Positions 38,697-48,349 of a DNA stretch of 64,000 nucleotides are shown here, one piece after another. Below the pieces are notes generated by a model. That model saw only the letters and a list, made by a program, of their open reading frames with translations, was not told where the DNA came from and searched no databases. The position numbers and the translations under genes are program-made. The DNA comes from an uncultured bacterium (GTDB taxonomy: Bacteria; Pseudomonadota; Gammaproteobacteria; Pseudomonadales; JADFDG01), in assembly GCA_965232985.1 (NCBI GenBank), contig CBDDRC010000012.1, positions 140,134 through 204,133 of the forward strand. The letters run 5' to 3'. Within the stretch, counting starts at the first letter, position 1; each line of letters opens with the position of its first letter.

Positions 38697-41600
38697 ATGT
38701 TCAAGAAGGTCCTGATTGCCAACCGCGGTGCCATTGCGGTGCGCATCATTCGCACGTTGCGCCGGCTCGGCATTGCACCGGTGGTGGTTTACACGAAGGC
38801 AGATGCCGATTCGCTGCATGTGCGTCTTGCCGATCACGCCGAGTGCATCGGCGAGGGTCCGGCGGCAGATTCCTACCTGCGCGGCGATCGCATCCTCGAA
38901 GTCGCGGCGCGTTATGGCGTGGAGGCGATCCATCCGGGTTACGGGTTTCTCTCGGAGAACACTGATTTTGCTGCGGCCTGTGAAGCGCGCGGGATTGCGT
39001 TCGTCGGTCCGCGACCGGAGCACGTGCAGGCATTCGGGTTGAAGCACAGGGCGCGTGAGCTTGCCCAGGCCAACGGCATTCCGCTGTCGCCCGGTACCGG
39101 CCTGCTCGATACGGCGGATGACGCGGTGAGCGCCGCCGCGTGCATCGGTTACCCGGTGATGCTGAAAAGCACGGCCGGCGGTGGCGGCATCGGCATGCAG
39201 GTTTGCCGGGATGCGAACGAACTCGCTGCGGCTTTTGCGTCTGTGCAGCGGCTGTCGAAAAACAATTTCGGCAATGCCGGGCTGTTCCTTGAGAAATACA
39301 TCGAGCGGGCGCGGCACGTCGAGGTGCAGGTGTTCGGCGACGGCAAGGGCGGGGTGATTGCCCTCGGCGAGCGCGACTGCTCGCTGCAGCGCCGCAACCA
39401 GAAGGTGATCGAGGAGACGCCGGCGCCGGGCCTGCCGGAGGCGGTGCGCAAGGCGCTGCACGAAACGGCGGTGCGACTGTGCGCGGCGGTCAACTACGCC
39501 AACGCCGGCACCGTCGAGTTCATTTACGATGCGCTCACTCAGGAGTTCTACTTCCTGGAGGTCAACACCCGTCTGCAGGTCGAGCACGGTGTTACCGAGA
39601 TGGTGACCGGCATCGACATCGTCGAGCTGATGCTGCTGCAGGCGGCCGGTGAATTGCCGCCACTGGCGACGATTCGTGTCGAGCCGAAGGGCTGTGCCGT
39701 GCAGGCGCGCCTCTACGCCGAAGATCCCGGCAAGGATTTCCAGCCGCAGTCCGGCCTGCTCACGTATGTGTCGTTTCCTGAGGCGGACAACCTTAACCTG
39801 CGCATCGACCGCTGGATTGAGGCGGGTGTTAACGTGCCACCGTTCTATGATCCGCTGCTGGCGAAAGTCATTGCATATGCGCCGACCCGCGCTGCGGCGC
39901 TGGCCGCGCTGGATCATGCACTCGACACCACGATCGTCGCCGGCATCGAAACCAATCGCGATTACCTGCGGCAGCTGTGCCGCGATCCGGTGCTGGCGCG
40001 CGCTGAGATGACCACGCGCTATCTGTCGCGCTTCGAGTACCGGCCGCTCACCGTCGACGTGCTCGATGGCGGTACGCACACCACGGTGCAGGATCATCCG
40101 GGGCGTCTGGGTTACTGGGATGTCGGCGTGCCGCCGTCTGGCCCGTTCGACGATCTTGCGTTCCGGCTCGGTAATCGTTTGCTGGGCAACGGTGCAAAGG
40201 CGGCCGGACTTGAAATCACGCTCAATGGCCCGACGCTGCGTTTTCGCACAGCAACGACGATCGTGCTGACGGGCGCGGAATTGCCGGCAACGCTGGACGA
40301 TATGCCGGTTCCCTACGGGCAAACGGTTGCTGTTACTGCCGGCGCGGTGCTGCGCATCGGGCGGGCAGGTGCTGCTGGCGCGCGTGCATTTCTGTGTGTC
40401 AAAGGCGGCATCGACGTGCCGGACTATCTGGGCAGCAAGTCGACGTTCACGCTCGGCCAGTTCGGCGGCCACGGTGGCCGCACGTTGCGCGTGGGCGACG
40501 TGCTGCATTTGTCCGCTAGCGCTGCGGAACCCGCGCACGGCGTCCTGCCGGAGCGCCTGCGCCCGGCAATCAGCAACAACTGGCAACTACGCTGCCTGTA
40601 CGGCCCGCATGGTGCGCCGGATTTTTTCACCGCTGGCGATATCGACACCTTCTTCGCTACCGAATGGGACGTCCACTACAACTCCTCGCGCACCGGCGTG
40701 CGGCTGATTGGCCCGAAGCCGGAATGGGCACGCACCGATGGCGGCGAAGCCGGGCTGCATCCGTCAAATATCCACGACAACGCCTATGCCATCGGTGCGG
40801 TGGATTTTACCGGCGACATGCCGGTGATTCTTGGCCCCGACGGCCCCAGCCTCGGCGGTTTTGTGTGCCCGGTGACAGTGATTGCTGCCGATTTGTGGAA
40901 GCTTGGCCAATTGCGGCCCGGTGACAAGATAGTTTTCGTTCCCGTGACGCCGGCAGCGGCGACGGCGATCGAACAGGCGCAGGATGAAGCAATCCGCACG
41001 CTGCAAGCTGCAGCGCCGGTGCGTATCGAGACAGTACGTGCGCCGGCGATCATCAAGTCGCTGGGCATTCGTGATCACGTTACCGGCGTTACCTACCGTG
41101 CCGCCGGCGACAAGTACCTGCTGGTCGAATACGGCCCGCTGATGCTCGACATCAACCTGCGTTTTCGCGTGCATGCGTTGTGGCAATGGCTGCGCGCGGC
41201 AAAATTGCCCGGCATTATCGATCTCACGCCGGGTATTCGCTCGCTGCAGGTGCACTATGACAGTAAGCGTCTTGCGCGCGCGAAACTGCTAGATATTCTT
41301 GCGCATGCAGAAGCCGAACTTGTCGGTATTGACGACATGAGCGTGCCGTCGCGTATCGTCTGTCTGCCGTTGAGCTGGGACGATACAGCGACAAAAATCG
41401 CCATCGAAAAATACATGCAGTCAGTGCGCAAAGATGCACCTTGGTGCCCGTCAAACATCGAGTTCATCCGGCGCATCAACGGCCTGACCGATGAGGCAGT
41501 GGTAAAACGCATCGTGTTCGACGCCGAATACCTGGTCATGGGGCTGGGTGATGTATACCTCGGCGCGCCGGTGGCGACGCCGCTGGACCCGCGCCATCGT

Positions 41601-42296
41601 CTGGTCACCACCAAATACAACCCGGCGCGCACCTGGACACCTGAAAATGCGGTGGGCATCGGCGGCTCCTATCTGTGCGTCTATGGCATGGAGGGCCCCG
41701 GTGGCTATCAGTTTGTCGGCCGCACGGTGCAAATGTGGAACCGCTGGCGCAAGACACCGGAATTCACCGAGCCCTGGCTGCTGCGCTTTTTCGACAAAAT
41801 CCGTTTCTTCCCGGTCAGTGGCGAGGAATTGCTGGAGATGCGCGAGGCATTTCCGCGCGGTGGCTATGCACTGCGCATCGAGGAGTCGACATTCAGTCTG
41901 CGGCAGTACAACAATTTTCTTGCCGAAAACGACGCCAGCATCCGGGCTTTCAAGGCGACGCAGCAGGCGGCGTTCGATGCCGAGCGTGAACGCTGGCAGC
42001 ATGCCGGCCATGGGGATCTTGCCCTGCCGCTGGAAGCAGAAATCGGGTCAGACAGGGAGGTAGTGCTGGCCGATAACGAAGTGCTGTTGCAATCGCATGT
42101 GCCGGGCAGCGTCTGGCAGCTGGCAGCACAAATCGGTGACGTGCTCGAAGCCGGGATGCCGGTGGTCATTGTGGAGTCGATGAAGATGGAAATTCCGGTA
42201 GCAACGCCGCGCCGCCTGCGACTGAAGAAAATACTGGTGGCAGCCGGTGCCCAGGTGCAGCCTGGCACGCCCTTGGCCATCGGCGAATATCTGTGA
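38697..42296 (+). CDS. uca: urea-carboxylase-family enzyme, predicted guanidine carboxylase
   Basis: biotin carboxylase (KVLIANRG, EVNTRLQVEH), CT domain with SNIHDNAYAIGAVDFTGD, KYNPART, BCCP ESMKM; alternative starts 38691 and 38694. Confidence 0.95.
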   Translation: MFKKVLIANRGAIAVRIIRTLRRLGIAPVVVYTKADADSLHVRLADHAECIGEGPAADSYLRGDRILEVAARYGVEAIHPGYGFLSENTDFAAACEARGIAFVGPRPEHVQAFGLKHRARELAQANGIPLSPGTGLLDTADDAVSAAACIGYPVMLKSTAGGGGIGMQVCRDANELAAAFASVQRLSKNNFGNAGLFLEKYIERARHVEVQVFGDGKGGVIALGERDCSLQRRNQKVIEETPAPGLPEAVRKALHETAVRLCAAVNYANAGTVEFIYDALTQEFYFLEVNTRLQVEHGVTEMVTGIDIVELMLLQAAGELPPLATIRVEPKGCAVQARLYAEDPGKDFQPQSGLLTYVSFPEADNLNLRIDRWIEAGVNVPPFYDPLLAKVIAYAPTRAAALAALDHALDTTIVAGIETNRDYLRQLCRDPVLARAEMTTRYLSRFEYRPLTVDVLDGGTHTTVQDHPGRLGYWDVGVPPSGPFDDLAFRLGNRLLGNGAKAAGLEITLNGPTLRFRTATTIVLTGAELPATLDDMPVPYGQTVAVTAGAVLRIGRAGAAGARAFLCVKGGIDVPDYLGSKSTFTLGQFGGHGGRTLRVGDVLHLSASAAEPAHGVLPERLRPAISNNWQLRCLYGPHGAPDFFTAGDIDTFFATEWDVHYNSSRTGVRLIGPKPEWARTDGGEAGLHPSNIHDNAYAIGAVDFTGDMPVILGPDGPSLGGFVCPVTVIAADLWKLGQLRPGDKIVFVPVTPAAATAIEQAQDEAIRTLQAAAPVRIETVRAPAIIKSLGIRDHVTGVTYRAAGDKYLLVEYGPLMLDINLRFRVHALWQWLRAAKLPGIIDLTPGIRSLQVHYDSKRLARAKLLDILAHAEAELVGIDDMSVPSRIVCLPLSWDDTATKIAIEKYMQSVRKDAPWCPSNIEFIRRINGLTDEAVVKRIVFDAEYLVMGLGDVYLGAPVATPLDPRHRLVTTKYNPARTWTPENAVGIGGSYLCVYGMEGPGGYQFVGRTVQMWNRWRKTPEFTEPWLLRFFDKIRFFPVSGEELLEMREAFPRGGYALRIEESTFSLRQYNNFLAENDASIRAFKATQQAAFDAERERWQHAGHGDLALPLEAEIGSDREVVLADNEVLLQSHVPGSVWQLAAQIGDVLEAGMPVVIVESMKMEIPVATPRRLRLKKILVAAGAQVQPGTPLAIGEYL

Positions 42297-42320
42297 ACGA
42301 ATCTCGGTGAGAGGATACAG

Positions 42321-44093
42321 ATGAATATCGATACAAAGACCATGCCGTTTACCATCGCTTCACTTCGCGCGGGTTATCTTGGCGGCGTACTTGAACTGGC
42401 TGCCGTTTTTGCCGTCGTGCGCAACCGGATCGCCGCGCACAACAACAATCCGATCTGGCTTTACCTCGCCGATGATCTCGCGTTGGCACGCGAATTCGAT
42501 CGCGTACGTGCGCTCGATATGAACACCCATCCGCTGTGGGGCATCCCGTTTGCCGTCAAGGACAACATCGATGTGGGTGGCATGCCGACAACCGCCGGAT
42601 GCCCGGCATTTGCCCGCATGGCGCATGCCGATGCGCCGGTTGTTGCTGCTTTGCGTGCAGCCGGTGCGATTGTCGTCGGCAAGACCAACCTCGACCAGTT
42701 TGCGACCGGTCTGGTGGGCACGCGCTCACCCTATGGTGAAGTGCACAATGCCATTGTTCCGGCAATGATCAGCGGCGGTTCGAGTTCCGGCTCGGCAGTG
42801 GCGCTCGCACTTGCGCAGGTAGCGTTCGCGCTCGGCACCGACACGGCCGGTTCCGGCCGCGTACCGGCGGCGCTGAACGGGCTGGTCGGCATAAAGCCGT
42901 CGCGCGGCTTGCTGAGCACGCGTGGTGTCGTGCCGGCCTGCCGGACACTGGATTGCGTCAGCCTGTTTACGCGTGATATCGCCGATTCTGCGGTTCTATT
43001 GCCGCTGGTTCGTACCTGCGATCCGCTTGATGCATACAGTCGGCAATCAACACTGGATGCATCACTTGCTGAAAAAATCGTCATTGGCGTGCCGCGTGCC
43101 GACCAGCTTGCTTTTTTCGGCAATCACGAGGCGTCGGCGTTGTTTACGTCGGCCCTCAATCAGGTGCGCGCCAGCGGGGCGGACATTGTCGAGATCGACT
43201 TCCTGCCATTCATCGAAGCCGGGCAGTTGCTCTACGAAGGCCCTTGGGTTGCCGAGCGGTTTCTGGTGGCGAAAAAGCTGCTCGCTGCGCAGCCGGATGC
43301 GTTGCTGCCGGTTACCCGCGCGATCATCGGTGGCGGTGAACATCTCAAGGCCGACGACGCCTTTGCGGCCTTGTACCGGTTGCAGTCGTTGCGCCGCGCC
43401 ATTGAACCTGTGCTGGCGACAGTGACTGCCATCCTCACACCGACCATCGGCACGCATTTCACCCGCGCGCAGGTGGCAGCAGATCCGGTGCGTTTGAACA
43501 CTGAGCTGGGTTACTACACCAATTTCATGAATTTGCTCGATCTTGCTGCTATTGCCGTACCGCACGGGCGGTTCGCCAGCGGTCTGCCGGCGGGCGTAAC
43601 GCTGTTTGCTGATCATGGCAGCGACTTCAAGCTGCTGAGCTTGGCGGCGAAATTGTTTCCGGACGCGTCCGGTGCTTACGTGCCCCCGGCGGATGACATG
43701 CCACGCCTCGACATACTCGTTTGCGGCGCCCACATGCTGGGCCTGCCGCTAAACGCGCAGTTGACCGGGCGCGGGGCTATTTTTCGTGAGGCGGTGAAAA
43801 CCGCGTTGTGCTACCGCCTTTACGCATTGCCCGGCGGCCCGCCGTTCCGTCCGGCGCTGCTGCGTGTGGCGCCAGGTGAGGCAGGTGGCAGTATTAATGC
43901 GGAAATCTGGTCGTTGCCGGCGTCACGCTGGGGTGATTTCGTGCAATTGATTCCGGCGCCGCTGGGTATTGGCACCGTCGAACTCATGGACGGCCGCCAA
44001 GTGAAGGGTTTTATCGGTGAGGGTTACGCGGCCAGTGGGGCACGGGATATCACTGCGCTTGGCGGCTGGCGGGCGTTTCTGGCCACGGGTTGA
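42321..44093 (+). CDS. atzF: allophanate hydrolase
   Basis: amidase signature VKDNID, GGSSSGS, GTDTAGSGRVPA; LGYYTNFMNLLD; C-domain VCGAHM..LPLN, PLGIGTVEL. Confidence 0.95.
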   Translation: MNIDTKTMPFTIASLRAGYLGGVLELAAVFAVVRNRIAAHNNNPIWLYLADDLALAREFDRVRALDMNTHPLWGIPFAVKDNIDVGGMPTTAGCPAFARMAHADAPVVAALRAAGAIVVGKTNLDQFATGLVGTRSPYGEVHNAIVPAMISGGSSSGSAVALALAQVAFALGTDTAGSGRVPAALNGLVGIKPSRGLLSTRGVVPACRTLDCVSLFTRDIADSAVLLPLVRTCDPLDAYSRQSTLDASLAEKIVIGVPRADQLAFFGNHEASALFTSALNQVRASGADIVEIDFLPFIEAGQLLYEGPWVAERFLVAKKLLAAQPDALLPVTRAIIGGGEHLKADDAFAALYRLQSLRRAIEPVLATVTAILTPTIGTHFTRAQVAADPVRLNTELGYYTNFMNLLDLAAIAVPHGRFASGLPAGVTLFADHGSDFKLLSLAAKLFPDASGAYVPPADDMPRLDILVCGAHMLGLPLNAQLTGRGAIFREAVKTALCYRLYALPGGPPFRPALLRVAPGEAGGSINAEIWSLPASRWGDFVQLIPAPLGIGTVELMDGRQVKGFIGEGYAASGARDITALGGWRAFLATG

Positions 44094-44149
44094 CGTCCGG
44101 GTGCGCGTTGCGCGACCGGATACTCAGCGTCTGGCTGTTTGGGGTTCGA

Positions 44150-44602
44150 TCAAGCTGACTTGCGTGGAATGGCCAGCGTCAGTGTTGCCGGCACACAAAG
44201 GCCCGCATCGGTGGCAACGGCAATACTGATATCCACCAACGATTGCCCTTGCTCATCGGTATAGCGTTTTTCCACACGCCCTTCACCGCACAGAACGTCG
44301 CCTGCATAGATGGAAGCGCGCATTTGGATGCTGCGTTTTTTGATAAAGGCATGTGGCCCGCACCACCCGGTGGCGATGCGGTCGATAAAGCCCTCAATGG
44401 CCATGGTATTGAGGTAGATCTGCCGCTGGCCCTGATTTTTCGCATACTCGGGATTATGGTGGCCGGGGAAATAATCATTGGTGGCGGCGGCATCGAGAAT
44501 GACTTTTTCATAGGGGACGGCCATGGTCACCTTGGCTATCGCATCACCCGTTTGAATATCATCCCAATATTTGCAGGTACGGTTAATCGCCATAATATCC
44601 AA
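44150..44602 (-). CDS. MaoC-like hot-dog-fold acyl-CoA (de)hydratase
   Basis: WDDIQTGD, DYFPGHHNPEYA (D-x4-H hydratase-2 motif). Confidence 0.82.
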   Translation of the reverse strand: MDIMAINRTCKYWDDIQTGDAIAKVTMAVPYEKVILDAAATNDYFPGHHNPEYAKNQGQRQIYLNTMAIEGFIDRIATGWCGPHAFIKKRSIQMRASIYAGDVLCGEGRVEKRYTDEQGQSLVDISIAVATDAGLCVPATLTLAIPRKSA

Positions 44603-44629
44603 CCCTTTCAGCTTGCATTATGCGTTTAT

Positions 44630-45163
44630 TCAATGGCTGTCATAGCGGAACAGATTATTGGTTTGCACGGCCACCAACTCACCTTTTTGGTTGAAGAATT
44701 CCGCTTCCGTGGTAATAAAATGGCCGACGCCAAGGCGGGTATCCTTCTTCGCTGATAGCGCCGTTAATTTATCTTGCGCTGTTACGATGTCACCGACAAA
44801 CAAGTGGCGATGGAATGCTGCACTCGTGGCCACATTGATCAGGGTTTTGCCGGGCAGCGGTACTTTTACCGCCATCATGAAGTGCCGGGGAATTTTTTCA
44901 GGGTGCCACTGCAACGGCATGCACCAGGTCAGCAGCATGCCCGGTGGTGCAACTATGCCACCCCATTGTTTCTGCGCGTACGCGCTGTCCCAGTGGCTGG
45001 CATTGCCGTCTTCGACCAGTGAGCAGTAAAGTTTGATCATTTCCCAGGTAACTGAAAATTCCGCAACGATCTTCTCGCCGGGCTTGTTCAGTAGCGCCAA
45101 GGCGTCTTCATAACTGCCGTAACTCAGTGGAAACGGCTCCTTGTGTTCTGATGCGGTTGTCAT
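44630..45163 (-). CDS. MaoC/FAS1-like dehydratase N-terminal-type hot-dog protein
   Basis: IKLYCSLVEDGNASHWD..YA...WGGIVAPP, FFNQKGELV. Confidence 0.78.
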   Translation of the reverse strand: MTTASEHKEPFPLSYGSYEDALALLNKPGEKIVAEFSVTWEMIKLYCSLVEDGNASHWDSAYAQKQWGGIVAPPGMLLTWCMPLQWHPEKIPRHFMMAVKVPLPGKTLINVATSAAFHRHLFVGDIVTAQDKLTALSAKKDTRLGVGHFITTEAEFFNQKGELVAVQTNNLFRYDSH

Positions 45164-45216
45164 TTTCCCATGCTCCCTGTGCGCTGCCGGCGGGTTTCAA
45201 AAAAGCCTGCATGCCT

Positions 45217-45657
45217 TCAGTGACGCGGTTGAAACTGCGGAATTTTCATATCGCCGCGCTCTTCAAATATGACGCCAACGGGCATGTCGATGGCTACGCT
45301 CTGCGGGTCACAATTCAGCACGTTGGCCATCATACGCGGGCCTTCTTCCAGCTCGATAATGGCCAACACGTAAGGCACGGCGTTTTTATAGGCTGGGAAA
45401 GGAGCCTGATGAATAATGGAAAAACTGTACACTTTTCCGTTGCCGCTTGCGTTGTGCCAGCCAAGGTTTTGACTGAAGCAGAACGGGCACCACATGCGAG
45501 GATAAAAAAACACCGAATCACAGTCTTTGCACTGGGGTATGACGAATTTTTCCTTCGTTGCGCAATCCCAGTAATGCTGTGCGCCAGGTGTTATTTTTGG
45601 TTTCGGCTTTTCTGGGATGGCTGCGGGCTCGTCTGGCAGGATATTTTTCTGGCTCAT
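45217..45657 (-). CDS. DUF35 Zn-ribbon/OB-fold protein
   Basis: CKDC...YPR..CPFC, G.VYSFS, PYVLAIIELEEGPRM. Confidence 0.9.
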   Translation of the reverse strand: MSQKNILPDEPAAIPEKPKPKITPGAQHYWDCATKEKFVIPQCKDCDSVFFYPRMWCPFCFSQNLGWHNASGNGKVYSFSIIHQAPFPAYKNAVPYVLAIIELEEGPRMMANVLNCDPQSVAIDMPVGVIFEERGDMKIPQFQPRH

Positions 45658-45738
45658 AATGATTTCTCTTCGTAACAGGAGCGTTCGTTTATCGGGGCCG
45701 GTTGAGTATCGTGTTGTGCCGCACTTATCATGCTGCAA

Positions 45739-46911
45739 TCAGCTTTGTTTACCCAATATCAGCGTGCTGTGCTCGCTCATCATGCCGCCGTAAGAGTGCA
45801 CCAGGGCGATGTTGTTCCGTATCAATTGCCGCTCTCCGGCGATGCCCATGATTTGTTGGGCTGCCGAAACGATCATCGACATGCCGGAAGTGTCTCCGGT
45901 GTGGCCGAACGACAGCAGGCCGCCATAGGTGTTTACCGGGAAGCTGCCGCCAGGACGAGTGGCGCCGGACTGAAAAAATTTACCGGCTTTCCCGCGCGGG
46001 CATAAATCAAGCTCTTCCATGAATGCCAGGGGATTAACGGTAAACGCATCGTAGATTTCCGCGAATTGAATGTCGGAAGGGGTTAGCCCGGCACGTCGAT
46101 AGGCTTGCTCGCCGGATTTTTTGCAACCCACGTTCATTAAATCCGGTGCCTGGGAAATATTGCGATGGTTGTGATATTCACCACTACCCAACACGTAAGC
46201 AGGTTGCGGATTGATTCTCTTCGCCAGCGACTGATTGGTAACCAGTATTGCTGCGCCTCCTTCCAGTGGTATTGAGCAATCAAACAGGTGAAATGGCGAG
46301 GCAATGGGGCGCGAGCCTCGTACCTTCGCGACGGTCAAGGCTTCAGTGCCGTAGGTGGCTGCCTTAGGATTTTTCAATGCCCATTCGCGGCACGAAACAG
46401 CCACTTCGGCAAAGTGTTCGGCCGTGGCGCCATACTCATGCATGTACCGCGTGGCCACCTGGGCATACATGGCGGGAATGAATGAACCGTACGGAAACTC
46501 AAACGCCGGATGAGTCACCATCCGTGCCATCGACTCGGCGCCGCCGGCCCCGACTTTGGGGAACTTGCCTGCGCCCAGGCACAGCACGCTGTCCACGATT
46601 CCCCGCTGGATGGCCAATGCCGCACGTTGGATCATCACACCATAAGTGGAGCCACCCGTATTCATGGTGTCGCTAAACAGTGGGCGTATACCCATCTCTT
46701 CGTAGAGCTGTTCATGAATAAAAATATCGGCACCCTCGCCGCTGGCCATTCCGGAAGGGCAGGCCAGAAGCCCCTGAATGTCGTTTGGCTTCACATTCCA
46801 TTCCGATAAAAACTGACGAATGACATCAATGTACAGGGCGTAGCCGTCTTTTTCCGGATAACGCCCCGGCTTCATTTCCGATACGGCCGCAATGGCTACA
46901 GCTTCCGACAT
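45739..46911 (-). CDS. SCP2-type thiolase-fold protein lacking the nucleophilic Cys (possible aldolase)
   Basis: NTGGST at the usual C-x-S position, DCS..EGGAA, EIYDAF, VNTYGGLLSFGH. Confidence 0.82.
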   Translation of the reverse strand: MSEAVAIAAVSEMKPGRYPEKDGYALYIDVIRQFLSEWNVKPNDIQGLLACPSGMASGEGADIFIHEQLYEEMGIRPLFSDTMNTGGSTYGVMIQRAALAIQRGIVDSVLCLGAGKFPKVGAGGAESMARMVTHPAFEFPYGSFIPAMYAQVATRYMHEYGATAEHFAEVAVSCREWALKNPKAATYGTEALTVAKVRGSRPIASPFHLFDCSIPLEGGAAILVTNQSLAKRINPQPAYVLGSGEYHNHRNISQAPDLMNVGCKKSGEQAYRRAGLTPSDIQFAEIYDAFTVNPLAFMEELDLCPRGKAGKFFQSGATRPGGSFPVNTYGGLLSFGHTGDTSGMSMIVSAAQQIMGIAGERQLIRNNIALVHSYGGMMSEHSTLILGKQS

Positions 46912-47006
46912 ACAAAAATTCCTCTTGTGTTTTGCCGCTGCGGGTGAGAACACCAAAAAATTCCAGCAACGAGAAAAGGGTATTTTTCCTGATATTGTTT
47001 TTCGAA

Positions 47007-48167
47007 TTAATAGGAGCGTGGCATACCAAGCACTTTTTCGCCGATATAACTCAGGATAACCTCCCTGTTTAACGGGGCGGTGCGCAGCAGTCGCGCCAGC
47101 GGATACAAGTCGAATATGCCGTACTCTTTTGTAAAGCCATTGCCACCGAAGCATTGCACTGATGCATCGCAGGCATGAATGGCAGCTTCTGCGGCGGCAT
47201 ATTTCGCCATGTTGGAAAATTCACCGGCAGACATTTTATTGTCAAATGCCCAAGCGGCCTTGTAGGTCATCAGACGCGCCAGCTCGACTTCTGTTTTTGC
47301 CGCCGCAAGGGGATGTTGCAGGCCCTGGTAGGCCCCGATGGGCCCATTGAAGACCACGCGTTCGCTGGCATATTTTGCTGCCAGCCTGATGGCATAATTG
47401 CCTATGCCGGTACACAGAGCGGCCAGAATGATCCGTTCCGGATTCAACGTATCAAACAAAATATCAAAGCCACGATCCACTTTCCCAACAACGTTTTCTT
47501 CAGTGAGTTCCAGCTCATCGAAAAAAACCTGGCACTGGTTTTCCGGCATACAAATGCTCACTGGAATGTTGTGCTTGGTGATTTTTGGGTCGTGCATGTC
47601 GACGACAAACAAGGTAAAACCATCGGTCTTGCGCTTGCCGTCTTTCAGGGCGGTAGTGCGCGCCACCACCAGGCCGAAGTCTGCGGTGTCGGCATCGGTG
47701 ATATATGTCTTGGCGCCACTCAAATAAAATTTGCCATTTTTCTGTTTGGCAAACGTAGAAATATTCATTGAGTTACTGCCGGCATCCGGCTCGGTAATGG
47801 CAAAGCAAAAGCGTTTTTTTCCGGAACACACATCGGGAAGGTAACGGACTTTTTGTTCTTCCGTGCCATGCATGGCGATCAGCGGCAGCGACATGGTTGA
47901 GCTGATCACCAGGCTCAAAAGCGGAATGCCGTGATTCGACAGGCCTTCCATGAACAGCGCCATTTCGGTCATGCCAAGGCCGGTGCCACCGTATTGCTCG
48001 GGCACCATAATGCCGAGAAAGCCGTCACGGGCAACCTGTTGATACATTTCCGAGGGGAATGCACGGGCCTCGGCCTTCGCCATCCAGTACTTTCGGTCGT
48101 ACTGCTTGCTGAGCTGCCCGCCATATTCATAAATGGCTTTTTGCTCCGGGCTGAAATCAAAATTCAT
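47007..48167 (-). CDS. acyl-CoA dehydrogenase
   Basis: MNFDFSPEQ, VPEQYGGTG, FAITEPDAGS, LNPER, IGAYQGLQHPLA, FGGNGFTKEY; GGGAG RBS. Confidence 0.92.
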   Translation of the reverse strand: MNFDFSPEQKAIYEYGGQLSKQYDRKYWMAKAEARAFPSEMYQQVARDGFLGIMVPEQYGGTGLGMTEMALFMEGLSNHGIPLLSLVISSTMSLPLIAMHGTEEQKVRYLPDVCSGKKRFCFAITEPDAGSNSMNISTFAKQKNGKFYLSGAKTYITDADTADFGLVVARTTALKDGKRKTDGFTLFVVDMHDPKITKHNIPVSICMPENQCQVFFDELELTEENVVGKVDRGFDILFDTLNPERIILAALCTGIGNYAIRLAAKYASERVVFNGPIGAYQGLQHPLAAAKTEVELARLMTYKAAWAFDNKMSAGEFSNMAKYAAAEAAIHACDASVQCFGGNGFTKEYGIFDLYPLARLLRTAPLNREVILSYIGEKVLGMPRSY

Positions 48168-48349
48168 CTTGAACACTCCCTGGTGCATTTCCCTTGATGT
48201 TTTGAACCCCGGCGTGATGCTGCCGATCAGGTTTTTGCCTGGCGAGCACAGGCTGCTGGATTTTGCCAAACGACACAAGCCGGCAGCTGCGCATACACAG
48301 GCCGGCTTATCGGAATTTTCCGTAACAGGCGGGATGACGCCCGGATCGT

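Noticed and set aside
38622-40586. Long antisense or alternative-frame ORFs (654 aa here; also 8059-9594, 49873-51564, 56904-58376, 12647-14014)
   Set aside because: They shadow well-supported genes, have Arg/Ala/Gly-rich low-information translations and no motifs; this is expected from high-GC codon bias.
44141-48210. Short inverted match GGGGTTCGA / TTGAACCCC near the ends of the low-GC cassette as IS or att ends
   Set aside because: Only 8 of 9 nt match, with no target duplication, transposase, integrase or tRNA.
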